Shown piece by piece: positions 31,371 through 40,006 of a DNA stretch of 64,000 bases. Both the position numbers and the translations under genes were made by a program. Within the stretch, counting starts at the first letter, position 1. Each line of letters begins with the position of its first letter. The notes beneath the pieces are model-generated. The model did no database searches and had not been told where the DNA came from. It saw only the letters and a program-made list of their open reading frames with translations. The stretch spans positions 224,001 through 288,000 of the forward strand of contig CBDESZ010000004.1 of the NCBI GenBank assembly GCA_965242725.1, given 5' to 3'. The DNA is from Alkalispirochaeta sp. (lineage in GTDB: Bacteria; Spirochaetota; Spirochaetia; DSM-27196; Alkalispirochaetaceae).

Positions 31371-32387
31371 TCAACCGTCCTCTGAATAGAGGAAGTCGAA
31401 GTACTGCATGTCCGTGCTCAGCGTCTTTCTGAACTCCGGCAATGTGCGGCGATATGACTCGATTGCCCGCCAGAAGGCGAAGAACTCCGCGTCCTGGCTG
31501 TAGGCGTCGGAGTAGATCCGTGCAGCTTCGGCGTCCGCCTCACCGCGGATCGTTTCCGCCCGTTCATACGCCTGGGAAAGAATGGAGCGCCGCTCATTTT
31601 CCATGGAACCGATAAGTTCCTGTTTACGGCCCTGGCCGTAGGAGCGGTACGCCTCGGCGATACGCCGCCGTTCTGAAACCATTCGATCGTAGACGCTTTC
31701 AGTAAGGTCATCGGAATACCGAATCTGTCGAATGATAATGTCCTGAAGATCGATTCCGAGGGTTGAAGCGGTTTCCTGCGCCCTGTTGAGCATTTCATTG
31801 GAAAGCTCCTGACGTCCCCGGCTGATTTCCTGTCGTTGTTCCACCACGGTCAGCAGATCGGCGATTTCCTGGAGGCGATCGTCCGATTCGTCACCCTCCA
31901 TGTCTTCCGGTAGTACCTGTTCCGCCTCGGAGGGCAGCGCCTGATCGCGGTTGATCTCATTGATCACGTTGCTGTCCCGCACCGCCTCTTCAATTTCGTT
32001 GGCTGAGACGACCGTACGCACCGCGCTTTCCACGACGTCATCGAGACGGGAGTAGGCGCGCTCCATCGTTGTGACGGACCGGTAGAAGAGCTGGGGGTCC
32101 TCAATGCGCCACCGTGCGGTGGTGTCCACCCAGATGAACTGGTTTTCAGACGTGGGCATGCGCCGGGGGTCGCCGTCCCATGAGAGCAGCTTTGCCGAAT
32201 ATGTTACCACCTGGTCTATGACGGGTGTCTTGAAATGCAGCCCCGGCTCCCTCGTCTCCTGAACAATCTGGCCGAATCGTATGACTACCGCCTGTTCACC
32301 TTCCGTCACGATATAGAATGGACCGAGAAGGACGAGAAAGACGATCACGACGACGAGTACCGTTAAAAATCCTGCGAACTTTCTCAT
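31371..32387 (-). CDS. hflC: FtsH protease modulator HflC
   Basis: N-terminal TM plus SPFH domain (EQAVVIRFG, PGLHFKTP, VYDRMVSERRRIA, GEADAEAARIY). Confidence 0.93.
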   Translation of the reverse strand: MRKFAGFLTVLVVVIVFLVLLGPFYIVTEGEQAVVIRFGQIVQETREPGLHFKTPVIDQVVTYSAKLLSWDGDPRRMPTSENQFIWVDTTARWRIEDPQLFYRSVTTMERAYSRLDDVVESAVRTVVSANEIEEAVRDSNVINEINRDQALPSEAEQVLPEDMEGDESDDRLQEIADLLTVVEQRQEISRGRQELSNEMLNRAQETASTLGIDLQDIIIRQIRYSDDLTESVYDRMVSERRRIAEAYRSYGQGRKQELIGSMENERRSILSQAYERAETIRGEADAEAARIYSDAYSQDAEFFAFWRAIESYRRTLPEFRKTLSTDMQYFDFLYSEDG

Positions 32388-33409
32388 TGCTGACCTCCCG
32401 TCGTGTTGGCGCCGTCCCGCTGGAGGTTAAGCAACGGAATAAAATTGGAGAGGTTTCGGTCGATGAGCTCCGGCACCTCCCGTCCGGTGATGTCGTCTCC
32501 CGATGCGTCCTGGGCGGGAAGGAAGACGTCCTCCACCATCTCATAATAGAGACGGGTGCGCATCGTCTGCTCATCGTTGCGGTACTCGGTGAGAACGTTT
32601 GTAAATCGCGAGGCGTCACCGCGGGCGCGATTGACACGCTCGGCGGAATATCCCCGTGCAATCTGGACGACCTGTTCCGCCTCACCGCGGGCGCGGGGGA
32701 TTTCCCGGTTGTACTCTTCCCGACCTTCGTTGATAAGCCGGTTCATATCCTGGACGGCACGGTTGACGTCTTCAAAGGCGTCCTGCACGCGTCCGGCGGG
32801 AGGAACGATGTTCTGCAAGCGAACGGCGGTGACGTTGACACCGAGTTCATAGTTCCCGAAGAGCTCGTTCATCTGTTCCTGCGCGAGGATCTCAATCGAC
32901 GGCCGCTCGTCACCGAGCACATCCATGATCGATCGATCACCGACGAGGCGGTTCACCACGGACTGGGATATGTCCCGAATCGTCCTGATCGGCTCGTCAA
33001 CCTTGAAGAGCCAGTTTCTCGGCTCATCGATGCGATACTGGATGATCCACTCCACATCAACGATGTTCAAATCACCGGTGAGCATGAGACTCTCTTCCGG
33101 GAAATCCTGACTGGAGAGAACAGTGTTCACTCCCGGTCGTTCAACCCGAAATCCAAACTGCATGTTCTGAATCACTTGTGTTGGGACGTTGTAATTCTGC
33201 TCGATTCCAAACGGTAATTTAAAATGGAGGCCCGGGGAGGCGGTACGGTTGTACCTGCCGAACCGCGTCACTACCGCCTCTTCCGTCTGGTCGACGACGA
33301 AGAAGGCGGTCGTTGCAATACCGATAAGAACGAGCACGATCACTACGACTGCCAGTACTTTCCCGTTCACTTTAAAGGGAAAGCGAGGCTGCTGGTCGGA
33401 ATCCGACAT
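32384..33409 (-). CDS. hflK: FtsH protease modulator HflK
   Basis: EESLMLTGDLNIVDV, VQDAFEDV, IPRARGEA, TRLYYE. Confidence 0.93.
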   Translation of the reverse strand: MSDSDQQPRFPFKVNGKVLAVVVIVLVLIGIATTAFFVVDQTEEAVVTRFGRYNRTASPGLHFKLPFGIEQNYNVPTQVIQNMQFGFRVERPGVNTVLSSQDFPEESLMLTGDLNIVDVEWIIQYRIDEPRNWLFKVDEPIRTIRDISQSVVNRLVGDRSIMDVLGDERPSIEILAQEQMNELFGNYELGVNVTAVRLQNIVPPAGRVQDAFEDVNRAVQDMNRLINEGREEYNREIPRARGEAEQVVQIARGYSAERVNRARGDASRFTNVLTEYRNDEQTMRTRLYYEMVEDVFLPAQDASGDDITGREVPELIDRNLSNFIPLLNLQRDGANTTGGQQ

Positions 33410-33647
33410 GATGCGCTCCTTGTTTCTTTGACTCTGTCCTGATGGGCGTCTGTAGAACCCCGTGGACATCCTGTCTAAATTATCCCGGCAGGTGCATGGA
33501 GTCAAGAAACGATGCGTCGTCGACTGGAAAAGGTCGGGGACCATCGTTCACATTGCCCGGGGCACACCTCCCGACGGTGGCGGTAGTCCTTTACAGATGA
33601 CGGGAAATCATGGTGCACTATGGCCTGCAATTTTCTGGAGGCAATGT

Positions 33648-34736
33648 ATGAAGAAATTGATATTGCTGGCAGCGTTTGCGACGATCCTGGGGGTCGCGAC
33701 GGTCGCTGCCGGAGGAAACAAAGAAGAATCCAACGGTGCGGGAGCGGAACAGGCAACGGAAGCCGGAACCGCGACGGCACAGGGTGAACGCATTACCGTC
33801 GACGACGCGGTTGCGCGGGTAAACGGCGAGCTCATATCCCGGGAAGAGTTTGATAATATCATGGCGAGCAACATCAGTCGCTTTGAGGCGCAAAACCAGC
33901 AGCAGTTTGATGAGAATTATCGACCCCAGCTGGAACGGCAGGTGCTTGACGGCCTTATCACCCGCACGCTTCTTGAACAGGAAGCGGAATCGGCAGGCAT
34001 CACCGTCTCGGATGAACGGCTCGATCAGACGCTGGAACAGTTCAAGAGCCAGTTTCCCAACGAGAGTGCCTACCTTATGGCCCTCGAGCAGGAGGGGTTC
34101 ACCGAGGATGAATTTGTCGGTGAACTTCGTCGCCAATTGCTGATCGAATCGCTGATCCAGACGGAGGTCTATGACAACGTCACCGTGAGCGAGGAGATGA
34201 TGCGCAATTTCTACGACGATAATCCGCAGTATTTTGATATTCCCGAGCAGGTCTCGGCGCGGCACATCATTCTCACCACCCAGGGAATCACCGATGAGAA
34301 CGCCCTTGCGGCAAAACGGGAAGAGCTTGAAGAGATCCGACAGGAGATCCTCGACGGCGCCGACTTTGAAGAGGTGGCCCGGGAACGAAGTGAAGGGCCC
34401 AGTGCATCCGACGGCGGCAATCTCGGGTCCTTTGGACGGGGGCAGATGGTACCGGAATTTGAAGAGGCCGCCTTTGCCCTGGAGCCGGGTGAGATTTCCG
34501 AGGTTGTGGAGACGCAATTCGGATATCACATCGTCCAGGTTACCGAAAAGACTCCGGGACGGACGGAAAGCTATGACGAAGCCGAAGAGAACATTCGTAC
34601 CTTTCTGACCGAACAGGAACAGAATGTGGCGGTCCAGCACTATCTCTCCGATCTGCGCCGTGAGGCGGAGATCACGGAGCTCATAGAAATCGATCTTCCC
34701 GCACCGGGACAGCAACCCGCCCAGGGAGCGCAGTGA
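33648..34736 (+). CDS. Exported parvulin-type peptidyl-prolyl isomerase (SurA/PrsA-like)
   Basis: Signal peptide, VARVNGE SurA-N region, ARHII, GGNLG.F.RGQMVPEFEEAAF, TQFGYHI. Confidence 0.92.
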   Translation: MKKLILLAAFATILGVATVAAGGNKEESNGAGAEQATEAGTATAQGERITVDDAVARVNGELISREEFDNIMASNISRFEAQNQQQFDENYRPQLERQVLDGLITRTLLEQEAESAGITVSDERLDQTLEQFKSQFPNESAYLMALEQEGFTEDEFVGELRRQLLIESLIQTEVYDNVTVSEEMMRNFYDDNPQYFDIPEQVSARHIILTTQGITDENALAAKREELEEIRQEILDGADFEEVARERSEGPSASDGGNLGSFGRGQMVPEFEEAAFALEPGEISEVVETQFGYHIVQVTEKTPGRTESYDEAEENIRTFLTEQEQNVAVQHYLSDLRREAEITELIEIDLPAPGQQPAQGAQ

Positions 34737-34850
34737 CGACGGCGGATCGATTTGCGCCAGTCAGATCGGGAATGACCCATAATATTGGGCCAATTTGACC
34801 CATCGAGTCGCCGGAAAAACTGACATTTCCGTGTCGACTCGACCCAGCAG

Positions 34851-34880
34851 GCGGCGTCGATTCCGGCGCCGCTTTATTTT
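34851..34880 (+). terminator. Intrinsic terminator after the PPIase gene
   Basis: GCGGCGTCG...CGGCGCCGC stem followed by TTTATTTTT. Confidence 0.65.
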
Positions 34881-34921
34881 TATCTCTTTGTAATATAACA
34901 AATTATCTCATATCATAAGCT

Positions 34922-34937
34922 TGGCACGGTCGTTGCA
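34922..34937 (+). promoter_or_regulatory. sigma54 (-24/-12) promoter of the hsp20 pair
   Basis: TGGCACG-GTCG-TTGCA matches the TGGCACG-N4-TTGCW consensus exactly; AT-rich tract upstream. Confidence 0.85.
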
Positions 34938-34989
34938 TATTGTTTTATACGAAACGTGATCGTTCGGAATGAACGGAAAGGAGTTGCTT

Positions 34990-35448
34990 ATGTATCGGAC
35001 GCAGAGACGTGATTTGTGGCCGTTTAACGAGTTTGAGCGGCTTCGATCGGAGATCAACGACCTCTTTGAGGATGATCTCAGCTATGGAACCACCGGATTA
35101 TTTGATCGCTCCATCTCTCCCCGTCTTGATGTGGTGGAGACCGACGACGCCCTGCTCGTGGCATGCGATATCCCCGGTGTGGAAGCGAAGGATATCGAGC
35201 TGAATGTGGTGAACAACGTTCTGACGATTCAGGGCGAGAAGCGCCCGGCGGGTCGCGACAAGGAACGTGAGGATATCACCAACTACCGCCGTGAGACGTG
35301 GTACGGATCGTTTCAGCGGACTCTCGCGCTTCCTGACTCGATCGATCCCGACAAGGTTTCGGCGGAACTGAAAAACGGCGTGCTCTCCATTCACATCGCA
35401 AAACGGGAAGAGCGGAAGCCCAAACGGATCGGAATCAAGGTGAAATAG
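34990..35448 (+). CDS. Small heat-shock protein (Hsp20/alpha-crystallin)
   Basis: DVVET, DIPGV, LTIQGEK, YGSFQRTLALP, AELKNGVL; SD AAGGAG. Confidence 0.95.
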   Translation: MYRTQRRDLWPFNEFERLRSEINDLFEDDLSYGTTGLFDRSISPRLDVVETDDALLVACDIPGVEAKDIELNVVNNVLTIQGEKRPAGRDKEREDITNYRRETWYGSFQRTLALPDSIDPDKVSAELKNGVLSIHIAKREERKPKRIGIKVK

Positions 35449-35464
35449 GAAAAGGAGGCACAAA

Positions 35465-35866
35465 ATGAAAAACGAAGTTCAGACCCGGGAGTCGCGAGAC
35501 ATCGACAAGAGCCGTTCCGAGGAAACGCAGCAGCCGCGACGTCGCATTTATCCCGCGTATGAAGTGTGGGAAGAGAAGGGTGCCATCCATCTTCGCCTGG
35601 AAATGCCCGGCCTGGAACGGGACAACGTGGGTATTACCGTTGAGAGCAACCAGCTCACCATCACCGGGTCCCGGCCGGACTGGTCTGTGGAAGGACGGGT
35701 ACTCGTCCGTGAGCGCAGGGTAGGCGACTACTACCGGGTATTCACCCTGGACAAGACCGTGGATACCGAGGCGATCAATGCGGTAATGAAGGACGGCGTC
35801 CTCGATATTACCCTTGGTCTCGCCAAAGAGGCGCAACCGCGGAAGATCGAGATCAAGACGCATTAG
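35465..35866 (+). CDS. Small heat-shock protein (Hsp20/alpha-crystallin)
   Basis: EMPGL, LTITG, YYRVFTL, AVMKDGVL, PRKIEI; SD AAGGAGG. Confidence 0.93.
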   Translation: MKNEVQTRESRDIDKSRSEETQQPRRRIYPAYEVWEEKGAIHLRLEMPGLERDNVGITVESNQLTITGSRPDWSVEGRVLVRERRVGDYYRVFTLDKTVDTEAINAVMKDGVLDITLGLAKEAQPRKIEIKTH

Positions 35867-35900
35867 GACGTGCTGTAACGCGCTGAGATGTGACACATCC

Positions 35901-35935
35901 GCCGACGGCCGCACCGGGCCGCCGGCTTTTTTTTT
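35901..35935 (+). terminator. Intrinsic terminator after the hsp20 pair
   Basis: GC-rich imperfect stem GCCGACGGCC / GGCCGCCGGC followed by a T9 tract. Confidence 0.75.
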
Positions 35936-35968
35936 GCCAATTCATCAAGGTTCGATTACTTTTTTTGT

Positions 35969-36637
35969 ATGAGACTATCAATTACATATTTGGGACATTC
36001 AGGATTTCTCCTGGATGATGGTGAGTACCGGCTGGCGATTGATCCGTTTCTGACGGGAAATCCCGTCGCCGTTCATGAGCCGGAGGAGGTGGATGTCACC
36101 CACATCGCCCTGACCCACGGTCACGGAGACCATATGGGTGATACCGTTGCGATCGCCAAACGGACGGGAGCGATGGTCATCGGTGCCTTTGAAATCGCCA
36201 ACTATCTGGGCGAGCAGGGCATCGCCGATACGGTGGGCGGGAACCCCGGCGGAACGGTGAAATTGCCCTTCGGTTCGATAAGTTTCACCCACGCCTTTCA
36301 CTCGTCCTCCTACGAGGGGCGCTACATGGGGATGCCATGCGGCCTGGTTGTACGTATGGGGGGAGTGACGATGTACCACGCCGGAGACACGGGTCTCTTT
36401 TCCGATATGAAGCTTATCGGTGAGATCTACTCACCCGATATCGCCGCACTGCCAATCGGAGACCTCTTCACCATGGGGCCTGAACTGGCGACAAAGGCGG
36501 CGGAGTTCGTGGGGGCCGGGACGGCGATACCCATCCACTTCCGTACCTTTCCGCCGCTGGTCCAGAGCGCCGCGGCCTTCACGCCGAAAGGAATCACGGT
36601 GAAAGAGATGAAGCCGGGAGAGGTGTGGAAGGTCTAA
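35969..36637 (+). CDS. Metal-dependent hydrolase, metallo-beta-lactamase fold (UPF0173-like)
   Basis: LGHS, IDPFL, THGHGDH, AFHSS, YHAGDT, PIH. Promoter TTGCCA-17-TACTTT lies 6 nt before the ATG. Confidence 0.92.
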   Translation: MRLSITYLGHSGFLLDDGEYRLAIDPFLTGNPVAVHEPEEVDVTHIALTHGHGDHMGDTVAIAKRTGAMVIGAFEIANYLGEQGIADTVGGNPGGTVKLPFGSISFTHAFHSSSYEGRYMGMPCGLVVRMGGVTMYHAGDTGLFSDMKLIGEIYSPDIAALPIGDLFTMGPELATKAAEFVGAGTAIPIHFRTFPPLVQSAAAFTPKGITVKEMKPGEVWKV

Positions 36638-36641
36638 GCCG

Positions 36642-36670
36642 TTGACGTCCCTTCGCACCGGTCATATCAT
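36642..36670 (+). promoter_or_regulatory. sigma70-type promoter of metG (leaderless geometry)
   Basis: TTGACG-17-TATCAT, 8 nt before ATG 36679, no SD. Confidence 0.65.
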
Positions 36671-36678
36671 GGGCGACC

Positions 36679-38946
36679 ATGAAGAAACGCCTTATCACCA
36701 GTGCGCTCCCGTACGTCAATAATATTCCCCATCTGGGAAACCTCATTCAGGTGCTCTCGGCAGACGTGTTTGCCCGGTTCTGTCGCAGTCGGGGATATGA
36801 AACGCTCTACATCTGCGGCACCGACGAGTACGGTACCGCCACTGAAACGCGCGCCCGGGAAGAGGGAATTACCCCGAAAGAGCTCTGTGACCGGTATCAC
36901 GCGATTCACACCGATATCTATGAGTGGTTTGAAATAGCCTTTGACAAGTGGGGCCGCACATCCACGCCGGAACATACACGGGTAACCCAGGATATTTTCC
37001 TGAAACTCCACGCAGCGGGGTATATCAGGGAAAAAACGATAGAGCAGCTCTACAGCGAGAGCTCCCAGATGTATCTCGCCGACCGGTACGTTCGGGGTAC
37101 GTGTCCCCACTGCGGATATGAAGATGCCCGGGGTGACCAGTGCGAGAACTGCGGAAAACTTCTTGATCCCACGGACCTGATCGACCCCAGGAGCGCCCTT
37201 GACGGCTCCACGCCGGTGGTACGGGAAACGACTCACCTGTACATAGACCTCCCCGCCATTCTGCCGAAACTGCAGGAATGGATGACCGTTGCCAGCGAAC
37301 GGGGCAAGTGGGCGCGTAATGCCGTTCAAATGACCCAGGCGTGGATTCGTGACGGCCTGCGGGAGCGTGCGATAACCCGCGACCTCAAGTGGGGTATACC
37401 GGTCCCCCTGAAGGGTTTTGAAGACAAGGTTTTTTACGTCTGGTTTGACGCGCCTATCGGGTACATTTCAATGACGGCAAGTCATACCGATCGCTGGGAT
37501 TCCGATTGGTGGAAGAACCCCGAGGAAGTTGAACTCTTCCAGTTTATCGGAAAGGACAACATTCCCTTTCACACGGTCATCTTCCCGTCCAGTCTTCTCG
37601 GCAGCGGTGACAAATGGACCCTTCTGCACCATATGTCCAGTTCCGAATATCTGAACTATGAGGGCGGTCAGTTTTCAAAGAGCAAGGGAATCGGTGTCTT
37701 CGGAAACGACGCCAGGGACACGGGAATACCCGCCGACGTGTGGCGGTTTTACATGTTCTATAACCGCCCCGAGACGAGCGACTACACATTCACGTGGGAT
37801 GATTTTCAGGAAAAGGTAAACGGTGAACTCATCGGGAATATTGCCAATCTGGTAAACAGGACCCTCACCTTTGTGGCACGGTATTTTGACGGTGAGGTGG
37901 TGGAAATACCCGCCGAGTCCCGGGAGGACGAGTTCTGGCAGGAGGTTCGCCGGAGAGAAGAGGCGATCACGGAAAAACTTGAATGGGCGGGCCTCCGCGA
38001 CGGGCTCAGGCAGATCTGTGCCCTTTCCAGTTACGGCAATCGCGTCTTTCAGGCGGCGGAGCCGTGGAAAACACGGAAAGACGACCCCCGGGGTACCCAT
38101 ATCCTCCTGAGCAACCTTGTGTATCTCATCAGAGACCTCTCCATTCTCCTTGAGCCGTACATACCCGGTACGGCGCGACGTCTCCGTGAGATGCTCGGTG
38201 TGACGGACGTGACGTGGAGCGACCTCGGAACGCCCTCTGGGCTCACCACGATCGGGAAGCCGGAAATCCTCTTTCAACAGCTGTCCGACGAGGTGATAGA
38301 AGAGATGCGGGAACGATTCAGCGGTAGTCAGGCGGAACGTGCCGCGAGGAATGCAAAGACGAAAGGAACAGACGTGGAAGCAACACAGAATGACAACGGA
38401 CCCACCGATGATCACGGTGGAGAGGACGCAAAGGCACAACGGTCGCCGGAAGAACAGTTCTCCGAGACGATAGAACTGCGGGCCGCCCGTATTGTTGAAA
38501 TTGAACGTCATCCCGAGGCGGACAAGCTGTATATCGAAAAACTCGACGACGGCACCGAGGAGGGGCGGACGATCGTCTCCGGCCTGGTTCCCTACTATGA
38601 ACCGGAGGAACTCCTCAACCGCACGATCATCGTCGTTGCAAACCTCAAACCGGCAAAACTGCGGGGAGTAAAGAGCAACGGCATGCTCCTCGCTGCAAGT
38701 GCGGACGATGTGGTGGAAGTGCTTTTTGTTGACCATCTTGCCCCGGGAACCCGGCTCTTTCTTGAGGGCGACCCGCGAAGCGGTGCGGACGGCGAGTCGG
38801 AAAGACCGAAACGCATCAAGGTCGATGACTTTTTTGCGGTCCCCATTCGTGTGGAAGATCGAAACGTCCTCGTGGGGGGGAAGAAGCTGCTGGCCGGAGA
38901 TCAGCCGGTAACGACCGGGAAAGTATCCGCAGGTACCGTTGGATAA
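36679..38946 (+). CDS. metG: Methionyl-tRNA synthetase with C-terminal tRNA-binding OB domain
   Basis: ITSALPYVN..PHLGN, GTDEYG, CPHC/CENC knuckle, YVWFDA, FSKS, NLKPAKLRGVKSNGMLLAA. Confidence 0.97.
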   Translation: MKKRLITSALPYVNNIPHLGNLIQVLSADVFARFCRSRGYETLYICGTDEYGTATETRAREEGITPKELCDRYHAIHTDIYEWFEIAFDKWGRTSTPEHTRVTQDIFLKLHAAGYIREKTIEQLYSESSQMYLADRYVRGTCPHCGYEDARGDQCENCGKLLDPTDLIDPRSALDGSTPVVRETTHLYIDLPAILPKLQEWMTVASERGKWARNAVQMTQAWIRDGLRERAITRDLKWGIPVPLKGFEDKVFYVWFDAPIGYISMTASHTDRWDSDWWKNPEEVELFQFIGKDNIPFHTVIFPSSLLGSGDKWTLLHHMSSSEYLNYEGGQFSKSKGIGVFGNDARDTGIPADVWRFYMFYNRPETSDYTFTWDDFQEKVNGELIGNIANLVNRTLTFVARYFDGEVVEIPAESREDEFWQEVRRREEAITEKLEWAGLRDGLRQICALSSYGNRVFQAAEPWKTRKDDPRGTHILLSNLVYLIRDLSILLEPYIPGTARRLREMLGVTDVTWSDLGTPSGLTTIGKPEILFQQLSDEVIEEMRERFSGSQAERAARNAKTKGTDVEATQNDNGPTDDHGGEDAKAQRSPEEQFSETIELRAARIVEIERHPEADKLYIEKLDDGTEEGRTIVSGLVPYYEPEELLNRTIIVVANLKPAKLRGVKSNGMLLAASADDVVEVLFVDHLAPGTRLFLEGDPRSGADGESERPKRIKVDDFFAVPIRVEDRNVLVGGKKLLAGDQPVTTGKVSAGTVG

Positions 38947-39958
38947 TGCCGTTATGGGCAAAGGCGGTCACGACGGAACGGGCGTGACGGTTCCGCTGCT
39001 TCAGAGCCCCTGGTGGCGAACCGTCAAGGAGTCCTTCGGATGGAAGGCGATCTGGCGGGAACCGCTGATTCTGCAGCGCCCCGTCGGACCCTTTCGCCTT
39101 GCCTACGCTCCCCACGCCTTTGACGACGAGGGAGCAACCCTCGCACAGGTTGTGGAAACCCTCGGTACCGCAGGGGCCGCGTCAAAGGCGACTCTCGTCA
39201 GGTGGGACGTGCCGTGGCGGCGTGAACGGTTTCCGGAAGCGGCGGCACATGAGACGGGGCTCGTCCCTTCGGTGATGCGCGTGCAACCGCCGGACACGGT
39301 GCTCCTGCCCCTTGCCGACGGGGAAGAGGCGATCCTCGCCGCCATGAAGCGGAAGACGCGATATAACATAGGTCTTGCCGGCAGGAAGGGTGTCACCCTC
39401 TCCACGATGACGGGACGGGAGATCGGTACGGTCCTTCCGGAATGGTATCGACTCTATCTTGAAACGGCGCGCCGGGATGGAATCACCGTCCACTCCCGGG
39501 GGTACTATGAAACGGTTGTGAGCGCCGCGCTGGGGCTCGAGTCCGAAGATGCTCCGCAACTGGAGCTCCTCTTTGCCCGCCATGAAGGAGAACTGCTGGG
39601 GGGAATCATGACCGCTTCCTGGAACGGCGTGACCACATACCTCTATGGTGCGAGTTCATCGCACAAACGAAATCTCATGGCTTCCTATGCCCTTCAGTGG
39701 GAGGCGATCACCCGCGCCATCGGACGGGGTGATCACAGCTATGATTTCTTCGGTATACCTCCGACGGACGATCCTGCTCATCCGATGCACGGGCTCTACC
39801 GGTTCAAGACCGGTTTCGGCGGGATGATCCTCCACCGGGCGGGTGCGTGGGATATACCGATGCGGAGACCCGGGGCGGATCTGTACCGGCAGGCGGAGCG
39901 ACTGCGAAAATGGTACCACTTCTCCCTGAAAAAGCGATTCCGTTCCGGCGGCGCGTGA
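38939..39958 (+). CDS. FemABX-family lipid II peptidyl (glycyl) transferase
   Basis: LLQSPWW, QPPDT, MKRKTRYNI.LA.RKGV, YLYGASS, LQWEAI, YDFFGI, GLYRFKTGFGG. Confidence 0.9.
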   Translation: MDNAVMGKGGHDGTGVTVPLLQSPWWRTVKESFGWKAIWREPLILQRPVGPFRLAYAPHAFDDEGATLAQVVETLGTAGAASKATLVRWDVPWRRERFPEAAAHETGLVPSVMRVQPPDTVLLPLADGEEAILAAMKRKTRYNIGLAGRKGVTLSTMTGREIGTVLPEWYRLYLETARRDGITVHSRGYYETVVSAALGLESEDAPQLELLFARHEGELLGGIMTASWNGVTTYLYGASSSHKRNLMASYALQWEAITRAIGRGDHSYDFFGIPPTDDPAHPMHGLYRFKTGFGGMILHRAGAWDIPMRRPGADLYRQAERLRKWYHFSLKKRFRSGGA

Positions 39959-40006
39959 CAGGCGACCCTGCGTACTCTGCGGTACGCAACCACGAGTGAG
40001 GCGGTT

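Noticed and set aside
33618..34715. 365-aa antisense ORF
   Set aside because: Shadow of the PPIase gene in GC-rich DNA; no motifs.
37675..38961. 428-aa antisense ORF
   Set aside because: Shadow of metG.
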